A stretch of 55,451 nt of DNA from Tubiluchus corallicola. Its lineage: Eukaryota; Animalia; Priapulida. The notes beneath the pieces are model-generated. The model had not been told where the DNA came from, did no database searches, and saw only the letters and a list, made by a program, of their open reading frames with translations. Numbering within the stretch: the first letter of the stretch is position 1; each line of letters starts with the position of its first letter. The translations under genes were made by a program, and so were the position numbers. Positions 50,401 through 55,451 of the stretch are shown here, piece after piece. Location of the stretch: contig JAQGDQ010001208.1 in assembly GCA_030141605.1 (NCBI GenBank), positions 1-55,451 on the forward strand, in the 5' to 3' direction.

Positions 50401-53024
50401 CTGTCGGATAAAAAAACAAAAATTTGTCTCATAACGAGGCGCGATGATTAATCTTTGCGCCAAGAACGTAATCAGCGGTTTTGGGAATTTGGGCGAAAAA
50501 ATTCGGGCTTAATGGAAAAGCAATTGAACCGACGGAATGTTTACCATCAGCCGTATGGCTTACACGCCTGGGGATTAAACCTGATGGAAAGCAGACAACA
50601 GAGAATGAGGGTGAAGTGAAGCAGCCTTGTGTGACTCCGGCACGTGGAAAAAATGAAGTTGGGAAAGAGTTGAATGTAGGGCTCATTATTAGCATTAGAA
50701 AGATTGTATGTTTTGTTAATAATAATGCAGTAATATACCCACGGTAAGTAATATAAAGACGGCTATGCAATGTGTGTGTGTGCGCGCATGTGCGAGTGTT
50801 TGCGTATGTGTGTGTGCGTGTGCGCTTGTGTGTGCGCTTGTGTGTGTGTGTGCATGTGTTTGTGTGTGTGCATGTGTGTTTGTGTGTGTGTGCATGTGTG
50901 TTTGTGTGTGCATGTGTGTGTGTGCATGTGTGTTTGTGTGTGCATGTGCGTTTGTGTGTGCGTGTGCATGTGTGTTTGTGTTGTGTGTGTGTGTTTGTGT
51001 GGTGTGAAGTGTGTGTGTGTGTCCGTGCATGCGTGTGTGTTATATGATAAAACATATTTATTTAGCTAAACAAATTTAAACCTTCAATGAGAGTTTAGCT
51101 ATGCAAATCGGTGCTGTGTCATTGTACTAAGCATTTTGTTATAATTATGCCATGCAAACCATGGGGGTGGGGGGAGGGGGGAAACACGCAATAAGAATGA
51201 CGACGACACCTATGAAGACGCATAAACAAGATAACAATGCCAATTCTATAGAAAGCAATTTTATTATCTTTGGATGCGTGACACGATTACAAATGCACCC
51301 TTATTATAACTCCACGGAATAAATACCAGCCGACAATCCACAGAGACATATAGGGAGTTGATTGAATTTCCCAGCATCCCGTGCTGCCAGTGCAAACGGG
51401 ATGCTGAAGAAAATGACGGAGAAGGAAAGGAAAGGCAAGCTTTTGTTGCAGTGAGATAAATTCAGTCTTTGTCGGCACTTTCTTTACGCTGCAACGGGCA
51501 TAAATATCAGTTGGTTTGATTGCAACTTTTATGCTTAACAATAAAAGTGACGTTTATGAGTCACGTGGGGGAAGAATGCAATTCCCAAAAAAAGATCCCG
51601 GAAAACGGAATACATTACTAGCTGGCAAATTAAGCATATATATATTCTTGTGCTTCAGAAGTTTCGTTAAAGTTGTTGTAAGAAAGTGATTGGTATCAAG
51701 CAATTTAATCTAGCATTCTATAATTATTTGTTTTCTTTCCGCATTTTTACAAACATGCATTTCCTGAAAGTGTTTAAAACGAAGCCAGCCTTAGTCATGT
51801 GACCTAAGCTTTAGTAGTATACGCCACCTATCAATCACACTTGTTTTTACACGTAGTTACATTTTCTGTTGCCGCTATGCTGATCATGCCATTTGGTGAT
51901 ACTTGCATTGCTTTGTCTATTTTGTTACAATTTAACAGACACTAGTTGTATTTTCAAGCCAAAGTTGTCACCAGTAAATGTAAGTCACCATCTACTTTAA
52001 TAATTAGTTAATAGTTTAAATTGGTTAGAATTGTTTCAAATCTGTAGAATCATAAAGTAATAATTTGTGTTTCAGTCTTCTTAAATCTAACTTTTCATTT
52101 TGTCTAAATAGTAATAACCTTTAGCATGTTCTTAAGCACTTTTTGTGATCTGTTATTTTAATAAATTGCAGGTCTATCGCGCAGTTCAATACTGATTTTT
52201 GCCGTTTCTTTGCCTGGACTGGGCGCATCCACAGTGGTTTTTCCAGGCTGATTTTTCAGGAAGTTTACATGCAGACCACAGCAGTCAGCACGCCGCATTT
52301 GAAAACAGTGACTGGATTCTCTCATAAATTATTGCCTCCCTTATTTACTGATTATTTTTGTTTGAATGCTGAGATACATAATTACGGCACACGTTATAGA
52401 CTGAACTATCACTACATACAGTACAACACTAATGTTAGAAAATTTTCTATTAAATACAATGGCCCTTACATATGGAATTCAATTGCTCCAGCTATTAAAA
52501 ATGCCAACTCGCTGTCCATATTTAAAAAAAATTATAAATTAAACTTACTCGAAACATATAACTGATCACTAAATCATGATTTGTTGTTTTTCATTTTCAA
52601 AAACTTTCCCTCTAGTATAATAATATTTTTATTACTTCCCACCCGTATTCATATTTGTATATATTGTAATATTGTATCTGTATATATTGTAATTTTTTTC
52701 GTAACTAATTCTAGTGGCCTACCATAAGCTAGCTTCTTAGGTCTCTAGCGCAGAATTCATGAATTGTATCATATTTTTGTATTAACAAAAACTGATTATT
52801 GATGCACATGTAATGTACATGTATATGTTTATTGCGAAATGAATCTATTGAATCTAACAGGAAGTTTACATGCAGATCACAGCAGTCAAACAGTGACTGG
52901 ATTTTGATATACGTACCCGATGCCCCGAGCCACGGAGTCCAGTTGTTTGCACATGCACGCCCGCACCTCATAGTCCACATCCTGGCAGAGGGACTGAACT
53001 ATTGGCAGGATCTCTTTCTTTATT
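7627..53024 (-). CDS. PPP4R4: Serine/threonine-protein phosphatase 4 regulatory subunit 4-like gene (HEAT-repeat protein), 5'-partial; span of 18 minus-strand coding exons
   Basis: Manually spliced exons all have GT..AG boundaries and compatible phases. With the + strand exon at 54931-55037 they total 2205 nt (735 codons including TGA). Peptides such as IKKEILPIVQSLCQDVDYEVRACMCKQL, SILPELVELANDEEGAVRLAALETVV, LGKLCHGL, AYNFPA, NWRLHEEL and LPVRRAAARTLCVFLRNNRK match my recollection of vertebrate PPP4R4 in the correct order. Confidence 0.93.
8524..8680 (-). CDS. PPP4R4: PPP4R4 C-terminal tail exon (EYPVREGSPIPMLLRQKD...HIPTMIR)
   Basis: attccag acceptor, AG|gtactg donor, 157 nt, phase 1 to 2. 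Confidence 0.72.
8860..9420 (+). repeat. Dispersed repeat family C, copy (related copy about 32150-32760; more diverged pieces about 45170-45500 and 49100-49620)
   Basis: Shared blocks ttttaaatctcccgcaatactg, caggggaaga, cctgctggaaagacttatgtaactagaaat, aaacttcacgcaa. Confidence 0.75.
9878..11269. repeat. 44-bp minisatellite, about 31 copies, followed by a CAG/CAA tract to about 11345
   Basis: Unit agagttgccacttgacttgtgaattagtgatcaaatcagtaact. Confidence 0.97.
11416..11531 (-). CDS. PPP4R4: PPP4R4 C-terminal tail exon (KTMGSRIPSPAVISRQPLSSNGIASRPHTGTPATSPTT)
   Basis: attcag acceptor, G|gtaaat donor, 116 nt, phase 2 to 1; Ser/Pro/Thr-rich. Confidence 0.72.
11785..12258. repeat. Degenerate minisatellite, unit about 19-21 bp
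   Basis: Unit like gcataactgtgtatataagct. Confidence 0.9.
12837..12939 (-). CDS. PPP4R4: PPP4R4 C-terminal tail exon (GKLNKDNNLSNAKVNNNTKQQLAVTQPASPRPMI); donor may instead be at 12813
   Basis: tttttcag acceptor; two in-phase donors, AG|gtcacg and AA|gtaatt; open frame with GC-rich coding-like composition. Confidence 0.7.
12960..14750. repeat. 39-41-bp minisatellite abutting a PPP4R4 splice acceptor
   Basis: Unit aattacctgtacttgaaaaaa(a)gatgcataaatgcaggtt; diverged variant units after about 14350. Confidence 0.97.
14956..15205. repeat. 20-bp minisatellite, about 12 copies
   Basis: Unit cacatcacatcaaaccccag. Confidence 0.95.
16522..16566 (-). CDS. PPP4R4: PPP4R4 small exon (VNIPQIKDIKRLPSK)
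   Basis: tttttttctttcag acceptor, G|gtaagt donor, 45 nt, phase 1 to 1. Confidence 0.72.
16960..17053 (-). CDS. PPP4R4: PPP4R4 exon (EAKEMQEDQNKKFNRNPSNAKTGKIPVRKSI)
   Basis: tttacag acceptor, G|gtaggt donor, 94 nt, phase 0 to 1. Confidence 0.78.
17841..17918 (-). CDS. PPP4R4: PPP4R4 exon (ITKRKFLNEDADDRKKEDEEKMLLTL)
   Basis: ttcttcag acceptor, CTG|gtatga donor, 78 nt; charged coiled-coil-like segment. Confidence 0.85.
18053..18526. mobile_element. Possible MITE
   Basis: Termini tagggttcccac / gtgggaaccttg; internal ttccctgac repeats; no clear TSD. Confidence 0.45.
18816..19570 (+). mobile_element. TA-flanked TIR element with internal satellites, copy 1
   Basis: TA|taggttttacacgtcaaatgtagac ... 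gtctacatttgacatgtaaaaccta|TA; 40-bp internal array. Confidence 0.85.
19586..19627 (-). CDS. PPP4R4: PPP4R4 small exon (AIIELDQIEVPMKS)
   Basis: tttttag acceptor, TCG|gtaagt donor, 42 nt; resembles TVLELDRMEMSM as recalled. Confidence 0.85.
20596..20740 (-). CDS. PPP4R4: PPP4R4 exon (LRVCNTLPKLKSIMHLPEDRGFLQMLESCVR...DVTDAVRK)
   Basis: catag acceptor, AAG|gttggt donor, 145 nt, phase 2 to 0. Confidence 0.9.
21218..21365 (-). CDS. PPP4R4: PPP4R4 exon (DFCHHGSCHKRMLFIDFC...FSRGYFKQNFL...DAVPNIR)
   Basis: ttttccag acceptor, AG|gtaatt donor, 148 nt, phase 1 to 2. Confidence 0.92.
21392..21442 (+). mobile_element. Isolated non-LTR reverse transcriptase motif fragment
   Basis: ggc gct ccg cag ggc tca gtg ctg gga cct gtt ttg ttt gtc ctg tac = GAPQGSVLGPVLFVLY. 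Confidence 0.65.
23048..23237 (+). CDS. Nested carbohydrate sulfotransferase, coding exon 1 (short cytoplasmic tail plus type II transmembrane anchor)
   Basis: ATG at 23048 (alternative ATG at 23054), hydrophobic LQLIVIASIVMMLMI, G|gtgagt donor in phase 1 matching exon 2; strong upstream acceptor ttttctcgcag ending at 22906. Confidence 0.8.
23893..24359 (+). mobile_element. piggyBac-type MITE in the sulfotransferase intron
   Basis: TTAA|ccctttca ... tgaaaggg|TTAA. Confidence 0.8.
25228..25523. repeat. 34-bp minisatellite (about 7 copies) plus (CT)n
   Basis: Unit gcgaggggagtacaaatgcggtacgtaacctttt. Confidence 0.95.
25626..26551 (+). CDS. Nested carbohydrate sulfotransferase (Sulfotransfer_2 / CHST8-14, HNK-1ST family), catalytic exon 2
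   Basis: tttcttatttcag acceptor; 5'-PSB motif CSVPKTASTTWK, 3'-PB motif FVRNPFERLLSAFRDK, HW...LCNPC..YEYVG.FE, and C-terminal DFEMFDY; TAA at 26551; about 371 aa when spliced. Confidence 0.93.
26759..27100 (+). mobile_element. Truncated second copy of the piggyBac-type MITE
   Basis: ttaaccctttcagtcccaaa start and shared internal blocks with 23893-24359; no right TIR seen. Confidence 0.7.
27499..27604 (-). CDS. PPP4R4: PPP4R4 exon (RALPVRRAAARTLCVFLRNNRKLQQRESIRDRIIE)
   Basis: tcacag acceptor, G|gtacga donor, 106 nt, phase 0 to 1. Confidence 0.92.
27977..29040 (+). mobile_element. TA-flanked TIR element, copy 2 (core largely replaced by 42/60-bp and 40-bp arrays)
   Basis: Same TIRs; the arrays produce the spurious STFDLPKSHLNFPV ORF. 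Confidence 0.85.
29099..29287 (-). CDS. PPP4R4: PPP4R4 exon (LGDVCGVEL...NWRLHEELMTKL...SSDEIYTKF...SVS)
   Basis: gtgcag acceptor, AGC|gtaagt donor, 189 nt, phase 0 to 0. Confidence 0.9.
29729..29905 (-). CDS. PPP4R4: PPP4R4 exon (IAKILGQDVKLIIPQFLALLKDEYIDVVEG...STETL)
   Basis: ctgtag acceptor, TTG|gtatgt donor, 177 nt, phase 0 to 0. Confidence 0.9.
30451..31161 (-). mobile_element. TA-flanked TIR element, copy 3 (reverse orientation)
   Basis: Same TIRs; core is the reverse complement of the core in 44091-44594. Confidence 0.85.
31309..31804. mobile_element. Probable MITE
   Basis: Imperfect TIRs caggctgcataagattacggat / atccataatcttatgcgccctg; subterminal atccataaaataa repeats; TSD unclear. 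Confidence 0.55.
32150..32760 (+). repeat. Dispersed repeat family C, copy
   Basis: Colinear with 8860-9420. Confidence 0.75.
32848..33310 (-). mobile_element. Probable LINE 3' tail with a tandemly duplicated stem-loop segment
   Basis: Short gaactat tail repeats and aataaa on the minus strand; hairpin gtgagtgt..acactcac present twice (about 140 bp duplication). Confidence 0.45.
33640..33836. repeat. 33-bp minisatellite (6 copies) starting within 10 bp of a donor site
   Basis: Unit aataaataacgtgaatgatgatgccaagtcatc. Confidence 0.95.
33844..34044 (-). CDS. PPP4R4: PPP4R4 exon (VAEDPF...SAYNFPAFVLFVG...LCDDPAPGVRKSIAAGLHE)
   Basis: tagcag acceptor, GAG|gtataa donor, 201 nt, phase 0 to 0; missing from the ORF track in this frame. 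Confidence 0.92.
36770..36898 (+). repeat. A-rich dispersed repeat duplicated at about 50126-50253
   Basis: About 125 bp nearly identical (aaaaagtgtaatatagaaaaatttatgagaaaaagtaagtatgagaaagagcaac). Confidence 0.8.
36931..37490 (+). mobile_element. 5'-truncated L2/Crack-type LINE (ORF2 end plus 3' UTR), copy 1
   Basis: MYKFSHKLLPPLFTDYF...HNYGTR...FSIKYNGPYIWNSI; nearly identical to 52316-52858; this copy stops early at SIF*. Confidence 0.85.
37855..38447. repeat. 59-bp minisatellite, about 10 copies
   Basis: Unit tggtttaactttgtgatctgtattttactcaaaatcatagtctcatagtcaatccacat. Confidence 0.97.
39408..40066. repeat. 20-bp minisatellite, about 33 copies
   Basis: Unit cagtaa(g/c)aag(a/g)aaaagattg. 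Confidence 0.97.
40484..40900. repeat. About 83-bp tandem repeat, 5 copies
   Basis: Unit aagttcactttttcaaaatcgcatcttttgca...acaaatagcaaaac. Confidence 0.95.
40935..41050 (-). CDS. PPP4R4: PPP4R4 exon (VNLTQEQKDWFLQYYKQLCQLGL...DPRCQ)
   Basis: tgcag acceptor, CAG|gtaatt donor, 116 nt, phase 1 to 0. Confidence 0.9.
42254..43014. repeat. 64-65-bp minisatellite, about 12 copies
   Basis: Unit aacgatgaatggtcactgccccgccctttacaaagctcccccggtgcatctgtggtttacagcc. Confidence 0.97.
43486..43608 (-). CDS. PPP4R4: PPP4R4 exon (DTCIYIIIPLVRKICE...LGKLCHGLS)
   Basis: tttcag acceptor, G|gtagt donor, 123 nt, phase 1 to 1. Confidence 0.9.
44091..44594 (+). mobile_element. TA-flanked TIR element, copy 4 (shortest, least expanded)
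   Basis: Same TIRs; full core with only 1-2 units of each subterminal repeat. Confidence 0.85.
45601..45722 (-). CDS. PPP4R4: PPP4R4 exon (LESTKSSILPELVELANDEEGAVRLAALETVVHLLSLLDD)
   Basis: ttcag acceptor, G|gtgagt donor, 122 nt, phase 2 to 1; HEAT repeat. Confidence 0.93.
47186..47562. mobile_element. hAT-type MITE containing a (TC)n microsatellite
   Basis: Termini catggccggcc / ggccggtcctg; 8-bp TSD agtgtgag. Confidence 0.8.
47960..48999. repeat. AT-rich 26-bp minisatellite, about 40 copies
   Basis: Unit atttgctaattgtaaataatttcaat. Confidence 0.97.
50771..51040. repeat. Compound (TG)n microsatellite
   Basis: Interrupted tg runs with gcat and ttt interruptions. Confidence 0.95.
52316..52858 (+). 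mobile_element. 5'-truncated L2/Crack-type LINE, copy 2, with long flanking duplication
   Basis: Same peptide, open to ...KLNLLETYN*; flanked by duplicated caggaagtttacatgcaga..cagtgactggatt. Confidence 0.85.
52917..53024 (-). CDS. PPP4R4: PPP4R4 exon (IKKEILPIVQSLCQDVDYEVRACMCKQLDSVARGIG)
   Basis: ttcag acceptor, GG|gtacgt donor, 108 nt, phase 2 to 2; HEAT repeat. Confidence 0.92.
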
Positions 53025-53205
53025 CTGAAAAATGTCAGCTTGCATTAGTGGAGACATTTGGACATGAGTGAATGACCGACCGAATGAATGAAGGAATGTG
53101 TGAACGAATTGGTGCAAAATGGGTAAATGATTAGTATACAAAAACGGATGAATTACGGGGTCGGATTGTGTATGAATGAATAAGCGAACAAATAAATGCA
53201 TAAAC

Positions 53206-53705
53206 CAGGGGTGTGCAAATTGCGGCCCGTGGGCCACTTGCAGTCCATCGAGAGAATTTGTGCGGCCCGTGAAGAGATTTGTCGACCTAATGAAAGTGCG
53301 GCCCGGGCGATTAATTGAGTGTATCCAGCTAAAGTCCGTGCCACGATCCCAAAGATAGTGAGGGTAGTTTTTTCTACTAGATCGGATGCCATTAACCCTT
53401 ACAAGACGGTTGTAGCTTAATGTCACTGTACTACACAGACTGTGTGATACACATTACTAATATGCATTGTAATGAAATTACCACTATTTGTCCTGAAAGT
53501 AGAAATATATGGTTTGTAATATAAATTTTAATAACTTTTAAAATAGTTTCTTGAGTGTAGTAGTAATGATGTACGCAGGTCGGATGCAAAAAAATTATTA
53601 TTAGGCCTTTCTGTACTTGGCTCCTTGATCAAACTGCCTGTGGCACGCAGGAATTGTGGGAAAGTTTAATGTGGCCCGGCTAGTCAGATAATTTGCACAC
53701 TCCTG
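53206..53705 (+). mobile_element. hAT-type MITE, family B copy 2
   Basis: Same TIRs and internal sequence as 5775-6197; 8-bp TSD gcataaac. Confidence 0.9.
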
Positions 53706-54039
53706 GCATAAACAATTGGACAAATAAAAATTAAAGAAGCTAATAACAAATGAGTGAGTGAGTGAGTGACCAAATAACTAAAAAACAAATAAATGAATTA
53801 ATGAGCAGGCAAGGAAGCGAGTAAATAAGTAAAGAAAAAATAATCAACTAATTAAATATAAACAAATAAATAAAATTAATAAATGAACAATGAAGAATAA
53901 GAGAGAAGAAGAAGAAGAAAGAATAACCAGAGGACGTGAGTGTAGTACTGTTTGCTTCACAGCCCGGCATAGTGGTGTGTTTGGCCCTTATGCGCATGCG
54001 GCTATGCGCACATGTCTGAGATGGCATGCTGTATGCTGC

Positions 54040-54290
54040 ATTGTTAGGGTCTGCTGCTAGGTAGAGAAAGTACTGCCGCTCGCACAGTTTCTTGTCATGG
54101 TGTTTAAAAACCTGGTACTGGCGTATTCTTGAACTATGGCAATTTAAGCTATTCGTAAATAAATTTTTTTGTCAATTGCAAATCACAACATTAAAAATAC
54201 ATATGTTTGTCTCGCATTACACAGTATTAAAACAATGGCTAAAAATTTTCAGAAGGAGTACCCTCAGGAATTTTAACTACGAGCTGCCAC
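54040..54290 (-). mobile_element. Diverged inverted relative of the 2402-2795 MITE (partial)
   Basis: aattttaactacgagctgccacag is the near reverse complement of the 2402 terminus; internal gctaggtagagaaagtactg block is shared. Confidence 0.6.
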
Positions 54291-54930
54291 AGCAATCAAC
54301 AAACAACTAATAAGCCAACTGTATTGCATTTAGCTATAATTTTTCACACCAAAGTCACAACAATTAGCAAGAATGGGTTGTTTACTATGATGCAGCATCG
54401 ATTGAAGCCCATTAGTCTTTTACTACAAGCCTTTGCACGCGCACAGCAGCAAATATTGCAGGCTTCATTCAACCCCAGCCATCAATGAGCTGTGCATTCA
54501 AGCGTGAAAAACGTAAAATCGATAATCACTATGCACACCTGCCACAGGTAGATTCAGGTGAGGTTGATTGTTGTTTGCTGTCAGGTACAGGTACCTGGGG
54601 GGAAGTAATCGTGATAGAAATGAACGTGTTCAATGAGTTGTTTCTTTGTATTGAACCACATTGACATGCAGAAGTAGAGTTATCAGTTAAACAAAAACAG
54701 AGGATTGTGTAGAGTGATGAAATCCCGGTGCTGCTGCTGCTGAGATGAGATGATAAAGTACGAATGACAGACGAGAGGGAGGGAGGGAGAGGGAGAGGAA
54801 GAGAGAGATTGTTATTATTATTATAACTCTTTTATTAACCTCTTTTTGCACGTATACAATGAGAGAAAGAGAGAGAGACCCTTTTGCTAAGTACACAACT
54901 AAATCACATCAAACATTCATTGTGTTTCAG

Positions 54931-55037
54931 ATTCTGACTCTGGCAATATCCAAGGGGCAGATTTCTCAACCAGTGGAATCCCGCCTTTCATGCTGCAAAA
55001 TTCTGGGCAAAATCACCACCAAATTTGAGCCTTATTT
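54931..55037 (+). CDS. PPP4R4: PPP4R4 coding exon in inverted orientation (ILTLAISKGQISQPVESRLSCCKILGKITTKFEPY+TT)
   Basis: Acceptor tgtgtttcag|ATT and donor TT|gtaagt are on the + strand; 107 nt, phase 0 to phase 2. The peptide resembles PPP4R4 ILNPLVSKAQLSQTVQSRLVSCKILGKLTNKFDAH as recalled. TT plus the first base (A) of exon 53024 gives TTA and continues in frame. Confidence 0.88.
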
Positions 55038-55451
55038 GTAAGTTTGCATATTACTGGTCCTTGTTAAGAAGGTGAAAGTTGAGCTTTCTCACTTTTACAA
55101 ATCCCGTTTATTTTTCAAGAAATTTTTATTTGAGATTTCTTGTTGTGTAATTAGGACTAGATAAATTTTGAAAATGGATGTTTTTTGTGTTAATTTCATT
55201 TTTAATTTAAGTATTATCAAATCAAATAGTTCGAGATTTTTTAATTAGAATGTGTGATGAACCTATTTCCTGTTTTTAGCTAGTTTTTTTTATTGTTTAC
55301 CCTTTTATTTTTTCATTATTGTCCTCAACAGTTGTGATTGTCGTGATCGTCATTATCACCATAATCATCATTCTTGACATCATCCTCATCAACAGCAACA
55401 ACAGCAATATCATTTTTATCATCAAATCTCTCTCTCTCTCTCTTTCTCTCT

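Noticed and set aside
50429-51069. His/Thr- and Cys/Val-rich ORFs
   Set aside because: They are translations of a (TG)n microsatellite.
53025-54930. Additional upstream PPP4R4 exons on either strand
   Set aside because: I found no peptide resembling the expected preceding exon; the region is mostly MITEs and low-complexity DNA.

Overview
AT-rich, repeat-dense eukaryotic (probably invertebrate animal) genomic DNA; there are no prokaryotic features. Most of the window is the 3' three-quarters of a multi-exon PPP4R4-like gene (protein phosphatase 4 regulatory subunit 4, HEAT repeats). Eighteen GT-AG, phase-compatible coding exons lie on the minus strand (53024 down to the stop at 7627). The most unusual observation is that the next upstream exon of this gene (54931-55037) is intact and phase-compatible but lies on the OPPOSITE (+) strand, bracketed by inverted (GA)n/(TC)n tracts. 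An inversion, an inverted duplicate, mis-assembly or trans-splicing could each explain this. A complete two-coding-exon carbohydrate sulfotransferase gene (Sulfotransfer_2 / CHST8-14-like, about 371 aa) is nested antisense inside the 21366-27498 intron. Introns hold many minisatellites, hAT-, piggyBac- and TA-target MITEs (including a 4-copy family that carries expanding internal satellites) and 5'-truncated L2/CR1-type LINE ends. Most long ORFs in the supplied track are repeat artefacts. Homology calls come from my recollection of the protein families, not from a database search.
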